Shown piece by piece: positions 36,401 to 46,100 of a stretch of 64,000 nucleotides of DNA. This DNA comes from Azolla caroliniana. Lineage: Eukaryota; Plantae; Polypodiophyta. Each line of letters begins with the position of its first letter. Within the stretch, counting starts at the first letter, position 1. The DNA lies in the NCBI GenBank assembly GCA_043228905.1, contig JBHGNT010000012.1, forward strand, positions 5,084,001-5,148,000, given 5' to 3'. The notes under the pieces are model-generated. The model saw only the letters and a program-made list of their open reading frames with translations, was not told the DNA's origin and did no database searches. Position numbers and translations under genes: made by a program.

Positions 36401-38969
36401 CGCCGAATTCCCATCTATTGTAGATAACCGTTGAATTGACCAGAAAAGTATTCTTTTCCGCCATCCGACCGGAGGCACTTGATCTTTCTTCCTGTTTCCG
36501 TTTCCACGAACCCTTTGAGGTCCCGGAAACAGTCGAAGACTTCGCTTTTCCTCTCAATGAGGTAGATCCACGTGTGCCGCGTGTAGTCATCGATGAAGGA
36601 GACAAAATATCGGCTCCTGCCAAGACTAACATTTTGTGCCGACTCCCACACATCAGAGTGTATCAAGTCTAGCTTGTTCCGGCTCCGGTTACGCTCGTTT
36701 GGGAAAGGAAGTCGGTGTTGCTCCCCAAGCTGGCAGGCTTCACAAATTTGTGCCTTCTGGCCACTAAATTTGGGCAATCCAAACACCACTTGTTTCGATT
36801 GCAGGTCTTGAAGCCGCTGGTAGTTGACGTGGCCTATCCGTTTGTGCCATAAGTCGATGTCCGACTCGACTTTTTGTCCCTTCGTGAACATTGTGGTGCC
36901 ACCGTCAGTAGAGTCGAGGATAAACATCCTCCCATCTCTGACGGGAACTCAAGGCTCCTTATGCACAACGCTCGGCCACAACCGAGCTTAGGATCATACA
37001 CAAAAAACGGGAAACAAATGCACGCGACACAAACGAGAGAAAAGGATACACAGAATGTTTACGTGGAAAACCCAAACTAAGGGAAAAACCACGGCACCCC
37101 ACAGGCTGCAAACTATCATTATGTTGGAATGTACAAACAATGAGTTCACGGAGGCAACGACCTCGTGCTTACGATCTTCGCCACAGGCGGCGGTTACAAC
37201 AGAGGCAGTGACCTCTTTCTCTCTCTCTCTGTGTACACTGTTACGCGCTCTCTCTTCTTCTTGCACCAACAAAGAAAAAAAATGACAGCGAACTACAACT
37301 ACCAACAATAACTAAAAGTTTGCCCTAAGTCATATTTATACTAATATGACTTTTCGGCTATTTACAAATATAGCCTCGATGGACTCTTAGAAACATATTT
37401 ACGAATATGTCTCTACATCCAGTTCTCACCGAGTCTGCACCATCCGGTTCTCCGTAGCCGGGTACTCCTCATCCGGTCTTCACCGGGTCTGTATCATCCG
37501 GCTCTCCGTAGCCGGGTACTCCTCATCCGGTTCATACCGGGTCTACACCATCCGGCTCTCCGTAGTCGGGTACTCCTCTCCGCAGCTTGTTCATCGGGAC
37601 TGTTCTTCTCCCTTCCCATCCGGAGGGACTTGTCTCCCAACAATCTTTGCGCCCTTGCGCAATAATACAGCCTTCTTCCTCAATGAAGCACCCAAGATGC
37701 GTAAACCGAACCTACATCCCCTGGTCGACGATCTGCCCGACCGACACCAAATTCTTCGTGATGGTCGGGACGTGTAACACGTTCATAAGTTTCCCTTTCT
37801 ACCCGACATGGCTCAAGGGAACTTCACCGATATTCGTGATCGGATGTGGAGTGTCGTCTCCAGTTGCAACTACTCCTGGTTCTGTCGGTTTTCTGAAGGT
37901 ATGAGAACCACTCCTTCTAGCATGTCATGTGGTTTGACGCGCCGGAGTCGACATACCACACCTCGTCTGATTTCGGGGCGGACTGCTTCATTGAGTTTGC
38001 TTCGTATCTCGTCACGAAGACTGACCCTTTTCCGGCTTTTCCGGATCCTTCGGCGTAGTGCGATCGCTGCCGATTTCCTTTGTCAATATGTCCGGAACCA
38101 GATCCTGAACCAGACCTCTCCGACTCGACGCGCTTCTTCCAGCACTCCCTCTCCCTGTGGCCTTTCTTGCCATAGTACCAGCATTCCGCGGCGGATTTCC
38201 CTTTCTGGTTCTCGTCGCCTCGACTCCCCCTGTTTCCGGAGGGTCCGGAATTGTTGTCAACATCACATCGGTGCCTTCTTCCTTGATCCCGTCGGCCGCC
38301 TCCATTGCGTACTGACTCGCCTCGTCCGCCACGACCACGGGGCCTTTCTCCCTCCGTGTACAACATCTTGCTGTCGGTGTGCGTGCTCGTCAACGCACCC
38401 GCGTGGTTCTCCTCTACCAAGAGCACCGACTGTAAGTCAAAAAAGGACGGCGTATTCTCCCGGGTACACACTGCAGTTCGGAACGCCCCAAACTTCGACA
38501 CCAAACCCCCGAGATAGACCTGGACCATCTCGCTTTCCTCGATGTTCACATCAATGGAAGCTAAGGAGTCGCATATGTCCTTAATCTTCGAGGTATAGTC
38601 AGCCACCGACAAATCGCGTTGTCGTAGGTTGCTCAACTCCTGTCGAAGCTGAAGCTTCCTGGCTGTGGTGATCGCGGTGAAAGTCTTCTTCAGATTTTCC
38701 CATGCACCCTTCGGCGTTTTTGCATCCCGAACGTAGCTTAGCAGTTGTTCACCCACACAAGACGCGAAGCACTATAGCACTCTGCTCGCCGATTGTTCCC
38801 ACGCCGGAAAGTCTTTGTGTGTCGAATCGGGTGCTGTGTCATTTGCTCCATCGACATAGCTCCAGTAACTGTGTCCGAGCAGGTACTGGTGCATCTTGTA
38901 GGACCAAGATGCGTAGTTGGTTCTGTCGAGCTTCTTCGTTGGAAGCGAGCTAGCCATTCCTCTGTCCAT
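33460..38969 (-). pseudogene. gag-pol: B3 gag-pol pseudogene
   Basis: Collinear with B1. Broken by point stops and a solo LTR. The RNase H ORF 33460-34446 runs open into the LTR. Confidence 0.92.
36939..37642 (-). mobile_element. Family A-related solo LTR inside B3
   Basis: TG...CA ends, TSD ATCTC/ATCTT (4 of 5). Shares GGCCACAACC, CGTGGAAAACCC, TTGCCCTAAGTCATATTTATAC and CATCCGG repeats with the A1 LTR. Confidence 0.88.
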
Positions 38970-40076
38970 CGGTTTTCTTGTTCTTCTTCGTTGGCTTTTC
39001 CTTCAAGCAAAGTCAGTTGCAGAGGTTCTCAACCCTTGCGCTCTGATACCATGAAAAGAATGGCGTGCGGAAGCAATATAGGAAAACCGAACAACAGAAA
39101 ACGCAGGTTTAATGGAAAGCTTAGGTTTGCATAGTACGCACAGAAGAGACTGAGAGAAAGTAACTCAAGAACTTAAATTCGAAAAATAATACTCAATCTC
39201 TACATAGGATGTTCTCAGTGAGCACTTTTATACAAGCCCTGACAATGGGCTGACACAAGTACTGGCAGTACTTGACTGCTCATAAATGAGCCTCGACACT
39301 TACTCCCAAAACTATTCCTTACGAGGAATATCTTTCTAACGGCCTTTCGGTCTACGCACCGATACGGCCTTTCTACGCACCGGTCTACGTACCGGTTTTA
39401 TGCACCCAGTTTACGCACTGGTTACATATCGTATTACACACAAATGTTGAGCTTGTCTCTCAACAAATACAGACACATGTTTAATGGAAACCTTACACGG
39501 GAGAGACAGAGTTAGAGCAGAACAAACAAAACATGTGTATTCCAAAACACTAAAAACACTTTGTACATAAAATGTGCTTTGTAAGCACTTTTATACAAGT
39601 CCTTAAAAGGACTGACAGAAGTACTGACAAGTACTTCAATACTCATACGAGCGACTGACACAAACTCCTAAAAATATGCCTACGTACTAGGTTAGATTCG
39701 TAGGTCTCTAATGTCCTACCGGTTACAATCTGATCCGGCTCCTGGTTCGGGATACCATTCGGACACCGATCCGGTTCATCATTCCGAACTCCGATTCAGC
39801 TCTGTCTTCTTCGGCCAATCCAGATTCGGTTGAGCTTGTCCGCTCAACAGAAGGTGAGGGGTACCTCTTGTAAGTGCTTTTGGTCTAGTGGTATGATTCT
39901 TACTTCGGGTGTGAGAGGTCTCGAATTCGATTCTCGAAATGCCCCTTGTAATAGTACCCCTTTAGTTGTCAAAAACTTCAAGTTCGATTCTTGAAATGCC
40001 CCTTGTAATAGTACACCATCAATTGTCAAAAAACTCTTCCTTGTGATAGCAAAGTGACAAGGGGTATCTCTTGTAA

Positions 40077-40148
40077 GGGCATTTAGTCTAGTGGTATGAT
40101 TCTCGCTTTGGGTGCGAGAGGTCTCGAGTTCGATTCTCGAAATGCCCC
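40077..40148 (+). tRNA. tRNA-Pro-TGG: tRNA-Pro(TGG), structurally intact copy
   Basis: 72 nt, acceptor GGGCATT/AATGCCC, anticodon stem CTCGC/GCGAG, T stem TCGAG/CTCGA, A and B boxes present. Expression unknown. Confidence 0.65.
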
Positions 40149-40868
40149 TTGTTATAGTACGTACCCCTTCAATTGTAAAAAAACATTTCCTTGTGAAGGG
40201 AATGTGACAAGGGGTACCTCTTATAAAGGCATTTAGTCTAGTGGTAGGATTCTCGCTTTGGGTGCGAGAGGTCTCGAGATAGATTCTCAAAATGCCCCTT
40301 GTAATAGTACGTACCCCTTCAATTGTAAAAAAAAAAATTCCTTGTGAAGGGAATGTGACAAGGGGTACCTCTTGTAAAGGCATTTAGTCTAGTGGTATGA
40401 TTCTCGCTTTGAATGCGAGAGGTCTCGAGTTCGATTCTCGAAATGCCCCTTGCCTTCAATTGTAAAAAAAATCTTCCTTGTGAAGGGAAGGTGACAAGGG
40501 GTACCTCCTGTAAGGGCATTTAGTCTAGTGGTATGATTCTCGCTTTCGGTGCGAGAGGTCTCGAGTTCAATTCTCGAAGTGCCCCTTGCCTTCAATTGTA
40601 AAACAAATCTTCCTTGTGAAGAGAAGGTGACAAAGGGTACCTCTTGTAAGGGCATTTAGTCTAGTGGTATGATTCTCGCTTTGGGTGCGAGAGGTCTCGA
40701 GTTCGATTCTCAAAATGCCCCTTGCCTTCAATTGTAAAAAAAATCTTCCTTGGGAAGGGAAGGTGACAAGGGGTACCTCTTGTAAGGGCATTTAGTCTAG
40801 TGATGCCCCTTGTAATAGTAGCCCCTTCAATTGTAAAAAAAATCTTCCTTGTGATAGGAAGGTGACAA

Positions 40869-40940
40869 GGGCATTTAGTCTAGTGGTATGATTCTCGCTT
40901 TGGGTGCGAGAGGTCTCGAGTTCGATTCTCGAAATGCCCC
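40869..40940 (+). tRNA. tRNA-Pro-TGG: tRNA-Pro(TGG), structurally intact copy
   Basis: Same 72-nt sequence as 40077-40148. Confidence 0.65.
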
Positions 40941-41160
40941 TTGTAATAGTATCCCTTCAATTGTAAAAAATATCTTCCTTGTGAAGGGAAGGTGACAAGG
41001 GGTACCTCTTGTAAGGGCATTTAGTCTAGTGGTATGATTCTCGCTTTGGGTGTGAGAGGTCTCGAGTTCGATTCTCGAAATGCCCCTTGTAATAGTATCC
41101 CTTCAATTGTAAAAAAAAACTTCCTTGTGAAGGGAAGGTGACAAGGGGTACCTCTTGTAA

Positions 41161-41232
41161 GGGCATTTAGTCTAGTGGTATGATTCTCGCTTTGGGTGCG
41201 AGAGGTCTCGAGTTCGATTCTCGAAATGCCCC
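41161..41232 (+). tRNA. tRNA-Pro-TGG: tRNA-Pro(TGG), structurally intact copy
   Basis: Same 72-nt sequence as 40077-40148. Confidence 0.65.
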
Positions 41233-41306
41233 TTGTAATAGTATCCCTTCAATTGTAAGAAATATCTTCCTTGTGAAGGGAAGGTGACAAGGGGTACCTC
41301 TTGTAA

Positions 41307-41378
41307 GGGCATTTAGTCTAGTGGTATGATTCTCGCTTTGGGTGCGAGAGGTCTCGAGTTCGATTCTCGAAATGCCCC
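41307..41378 (+). tRNA. tRNA-Pro-TGG: tRNA-Pro(TGG), structurally intact copy
   Basis: Same 72-nt sequence as 40077-40148. Confidence 0.65.
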
Positions 41379-41880
41379 TTGTAATCGTATCCCTTTAATT
41401 GTAAAAAATATATTCCTTGTGAAGGGAAGGTGATAAGGGGTACCTCTTATGAAGGGAAGGTAAGGGCATTTAGTCTAGTGGTATGATTCTCGCTTTGGGT
41501 GCGAGAGGTCTCCAGTTCGATTCTCGAAATAGCCCTGGTAATAGTACCCCTTCAATTGTAAAAAAAAGCTTCCTTGTGAAGGGAAGGTGACAAGGGCATT
41601 TAGTCTAGTGGTATGATTCTCGCTTTGGGTGCAAGAGGTCTCGAGTTCGATTCTCGAAATGCCCCTTGTAATCGTATCCCTTTAGTTGTAAAAAATATTT
41701 CCCTTGTGAAGGGAAGGTGATAAGGGGTACCTCCTGTGAAGGGAAGGTAAGGGCATTTAGTCTAGTGGTATGATTCTCGCTTTGGGTGCGAGAGGTCTCC
41801 AGTTCGATTCTCGAAATACCCCTGGTAATAGTACCCCTTCAATTGTAAAAAAAAGCTTCCTTGTGAAGGGATGGTGACAA

Positions 41881-41952
41881 GGGCATTTAGTCTAGTGGTA
41901 TGATTCTCGCTTTGGGTGCGAGAGGTCTCGAGTTCGATTCTCGAAATGCCCC
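41881..41952 (+). tRNA. tRNA-Pro-TGG: tRNA-Pro(TGG), structurally intact copy
   Basis: Same 72-nt sequence as 40077-40148. Confidence 0.65.
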
Positions 41953-42302
41953 TTGTAATAGTACCCCTTTAATTGTAAAAAAAAACTTCCTTGTGATAGA
42001 AAGGTGACAAGGGCATTTAGTCTAGTGGTATTATTCTCGCTTTGGGTGTGAGAGGTCTCTAGTTCGATTCTCGAAATGCCCCTTCTAATAGTACCCCTTC
42101 AATTGTAAAAAAAAACTTCCTTGTGATCGGAAGGTGACAAGGGGTATCTCTTGTAAGGGCATTTAGTCTAGTGGTATGATTCTCGCTTCGGGTGCGAGAG
42201 GTCTCAAGTTCGATTCTCGAAATGCCCATTCTAATAGTACCCCTTCAATTGTAAAAAAAAACTTCCTTGTGATCGGAAGGTGACAGGGGGTATCTCTTGT
42301 AA

Positions 42303-42374
42303 GGGCATTTAGTCTAGTGGTATGATTCTCGCTTCGGGTGCGAGAGGTCTCGAGTTCTATTCTCGAAATGCCCC
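42303..42374 (+). tRNA. tRNA-Pro-CGG: tRNA-Pro(CGG)-like copy with a T-loop substitution (TTCTA)
   Basis: All stems pair, anticodon CGG, B box altered. Confidence 0.45.
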
Positions 42375-43185
42375 TTGTAATAGTACCCCTTCAATTGTGA
42401 AAAAATCTTCCTTGTGATAGGAAGGTGACAGGGGGTATCTCTTGTAAGGGCATTTAGTCTAGTGGTATGATTTATCGAAATGCCCGTTATCAATCCTCCA
42501 AAAAGTCTTCCCTTGTAAGGGCATTTAGTCTAGTGGTATGATTCTCGCTTTGGGTGTGACAGGTCTCGAGTTTGATTCTCGAAATGCCCCTGTAATAGTA
42601 CCCCTTCAATTGTAAAAAAAATATTCCTTGTGGTAGGAAGGTGACAAGCGGTATCTCTTGTAAGGGCATTTAGTCTAGTGGTATGATTCTCGCTTTGGGT
42701 GCGAGAGGTCTCGAGTTCGATTCTTGAAATGCCCCCCTTCAATTGTAAAAAAATTATTTCCTTGTGATAGGAAGGTGACAAGGGGTATCTCTTGTAAGGG
42801 CATTTAGTCTAGTGGTATGATTCTCGCTTTGGGTGCGAGAGGTCTCGAGTTCGAATCTCGAAATGCCCCTTGTAATAGTACCCCTTCAATTGTAATAAAA
42901 ATCTTCCTTGTGATAGGAAGGTGACAAGGGGTATCTCTTGTAAGGGTATCGAAATGCCTGTTATGAATCCTACAAAAAGTCTTTCCTTGGAAGGGCATTT
43001 TGGCTAGTGGTATAATTCTCACTTTGGGTGTGAGAGGTCTCGAGTTCGATTCTCGAAATGCCCCTTGTAATCTTACCCGTTCAATTGTAAAAAAAATCTT
43101 CCTTGTGATAGGAAGGTAACAAGGGCATTTAGTCTAGTGGTATGATTCTCGCTTTGGGTGCGAGAGGTCTCGAGTTCGATTCTCG

Positions 43186-46100
43186 TGATGGAAATTAATC
43201 GACACTTTCCAAACTTCACCTCTCGGCCACAACCGAGGAAACACACAAATCGTTGTTGCAGAAAATGGGAAATGCGAAAAATAGAATGGACACACGATTT
43301 AACGTGGAAAACCCTGTACGGGAAAAACCACGGGAGTACACGACTCCGAACCAAAACTATGCACAGAGAAGTATACAATGGCGAGCTGCAAGGCGACGAC
43401 CTTGAGCTCGTTGTCCTCGCCACAGGCGGCGGAAATACACAAAGGCGTCGACCTCTTCCTCTCTCGCGCTCTATCTCTCTCATGGCTGCTCTCTCTTCAC
43501 TCCTCTTGAGTGGAAAAACAGAAAAATGATCAGCAACATCAAAACTGTTTGCCCTAAGTCATATTTATACACATATGACTTTGGGGCTATTTACAACTAT
43601 AGCCTCAAGGGCCCTTGGCAAACATATTCGCAGATATGTCCCCGCATCCGGATCTCGCTCCGGGTACATTCGTCATTCGGCTCCGAAGCCGGGGTCTTCA
43701 TCATCCGGTTCCGAAACCGAAACCGGGCTTGTCGGCATTCATCTCCGATATCCGACCATCCCATCCGAAAGGGACCGTAATCCCAACAAACTCCCCCTTC
43801 ACTTCGGCATGGGATGTCTCTCCAATCCGATCCTCTTCCAGCATGCTTCCAGCTTGTCGGGTGTGAGCACCTTGGTCAGCATATCCGACCCGTTCTCGTC
43901 CGTGTGAACCTTCGTCAGCACGAACTCCTTGTCTTCTATCCTTTCCCGGATCCAGTGATATCTTCGCTGGATGTGCTTCGTCCGGGAGTGATAGGCCGCG
44001 TTCTTCGCAAGGTGGATTGCACTCTGACTATCGCAGTAGAGTCGGTACTCCTCCTGTCGGATACCGAGCTCTCTATTGAAGTCCTTCATCCATATTATTT
44101 CCTTGCCGGCTTCAACAGCCGCCATGTACTCCGCCTCCGTGGTTGACAACGCAACCGTCTTCTGCAGCCTCGACTGCCATGAAACAGCTCCCCCTGCATA
44201 CGTCATCACATACCCTGATGTGGACCGGCTGGTATCTGCATCAGCCGACATATCCGAATCGGTGAAGCCGTCGAGTTCGGGCTTACCGGAGCCGAATCGG
44301 AGGCACACGTTTGCCGTGCCCTTCAGGTATCGGAGTATCCACTTGGCCGCGTTCCAATGCTCTTTGCCGGGATTGCTCATGTACCAGCTCACCACTCCGA
44401 CTGCATATACTATGTCCGGTCTCGTACACACCATGGCGTACATCAAGCTCCCGACGGCTGAGGCATACGGCACTTTCATCATATCCTCCTTTTCAGCCTT
44501 TGTCTTGGGACTTTGCTTGTTGGACAGCTTGCAGTTTGCCGGGAGGGTCGATCCGACCGGCCTTGCTTCCGACATGTTGAACCGTTTAAGCACCTTTGTC
44601 ACGTACTTCTCCTGTGACAGCCACAACTGCTTCTTGCTCCGGTCCCGGATGATGTGCATCCCTAGTATTTGTCTCGCCGGACCCAAGTCCTTCATTGAGA
44701 AGGTTCGGTTAAGAGCCTTCTTCAGCATCCGTATCTTGACCTGGTCCCGTCCGACGATCAACATGTCGTCCACGTACAGGAGGAGTATTAGAAAGTCTCC
44801 TCCTTCGAACTTCTTCACAAACACGCAGTGGTCGGACTGCGTTTTGAGGTACCCTTCGTCGGTCATGAAGGAGTCGAACTTCCGGTACCATTGCCGGGGA
44901 GCCTGCTTCAGTCCGTAGAGGCTCTTCTTCAACCGGCATACCAGGTGCTCCTTCCCTTTCTTCTCGAATCCTTCCGGTTGCTACATGTAGATCTCTTCTT
45001 CGAGGTCACCGTGAAGGAATGCCGTCTTCACGTCCATCTGTTCTACCTCGAGGTCCATGCTTGCCGCTATGCTCAGCACCGTCCGGATGGAGGTCATCTT
45101 CACTACCGGGGCAAATATCTCGTCGAAGTCGACGCCCTTCTTCTGCTGAAACCCCTTCACCACGATCCTGGCTTTGTATCTCGGGGGGTTTCCGGCATCT
45201 CCCGGTTTCAGCTTGAACACCCACTTGTTTCGAAGTGCCCGCTTTCCTTTCGGCAACTTCACAAGTTCATATGTGTGGTTCTCATGCAGGGAATCCATCT
45301 CGTCCTGCATGGCACTCAACCACCTGCGGCTCTGGGTGTCATGCTTTGCTTCTTCAAAGCTCTCCGGCTCCCCCTCGTCGGTTAGCAGCACGTGCTCTGG
45401 TTCCGGAAATCTCCGGGGGGCCCTTCTCACTCTTAGAGGATATCTCCGTTCCGGAGCTTCGGTAACCGGTTCTTCCGATTCTTCTTCATCCGAATCCATT
45501 TCGGGATCGGGGCCGGTTCCGGTATCATTTTCATCTTCTTCGGCCGGTTCTGTTTCTTCACTGTCTTCGGCCGGATCCTCGAGTGCTAACCGGTCCCTTG
45601 CCGGTCGGGACTGCTCCTCGTAGAGTTGATCCTCACCGGTCGACTTGGAGCTCTTCATCTTCTTCTCCGACTCCCAGTCGGCGAGTGTCTTGTTCTCCAT
45701 GAAGATGATATCTCGACTCCTGAATATCTTCTTGTCGACCGGGTCCCATACTCGGTAGCCGAACTCGTCGTCGCCGTAACCGAGGAATATGCATGGCCGG
45801 GTCTTTGGATCTAGCTTTCCTCTCCGGTCCTTTGCCACATGCACGTATGCGAGACACCCGAACACCTTCAGATGCCGGTAAGATACTTCCCTACCGGTCC
45901 ACACTCTCTGCGGCGTGTCTCCGTCCAAAGGTACTGAGGGTGATCGGTTTATCACATATGTCGCCGTCGACATTGCCTCAGCCCAAAACCCCTTGGGTAA
46001 TTTCGCATGCGCCAGCATACTCCGGACCCTCTCCATTATGGTCCGGTTCATCCTCTCGGCCAGCCCGTTCAGTTCCGGCGTCTTCGGCACAGTAAACTCG

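Larger units (their letters stand above)
33053..39465 (-). mobile_element. Copia family B copy B3, inserted in the family B solo LTR
   Basis: TSD AATAC (33048-33052 and 39466-39470). LTRs 33053-33465 and 39052-39465, PBS 39040-39051, PPT 33466-33474. Confidence 0.94.
32990..39849 (-). mobile_element. Family B solo LTR (32990-33052 plus 39466-39849) split by B3
   Basis: TSD GAAGG (32985-32989 and 39850-39854). The two pieces join into one B-type LTR ending GCTCAACA. Confidence 0.88.
39850..43185 (+). repeat. tRNA-Pro tandem array, block 2 (~22 full-length units plus partials, period ~130-157 bp)
   Basis: Most homogeneous block: 72-nt tRNA plus spacer TTGTAATAGTACCCCTTCAATTGT(A)nCTTCCTTGTGAAGGGAAGGTGACAAGGGGTACCTCTTGTAA. 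Confidence 0.96.

Noticed and set aside
40869-40990. Dispersed tRNA-derived SINE copies
   Set aside because: Units are head-to-tail without individual TSDs and show higher-order periodicity. A SINE-like founder cannot be excluded.
39844-43022. ORFs over the tRNA array (also 51-55 kb)
   Set aside because: Repetitive translations of the satellite with no domain content.
39850-43185. CRISPR-like repeat-spacer appearance
   Set aside because: The repeat is a 72-nt tRNA-Pro, spacers are homologous to each other, there are no cas genes, and the context is eukaryotic.
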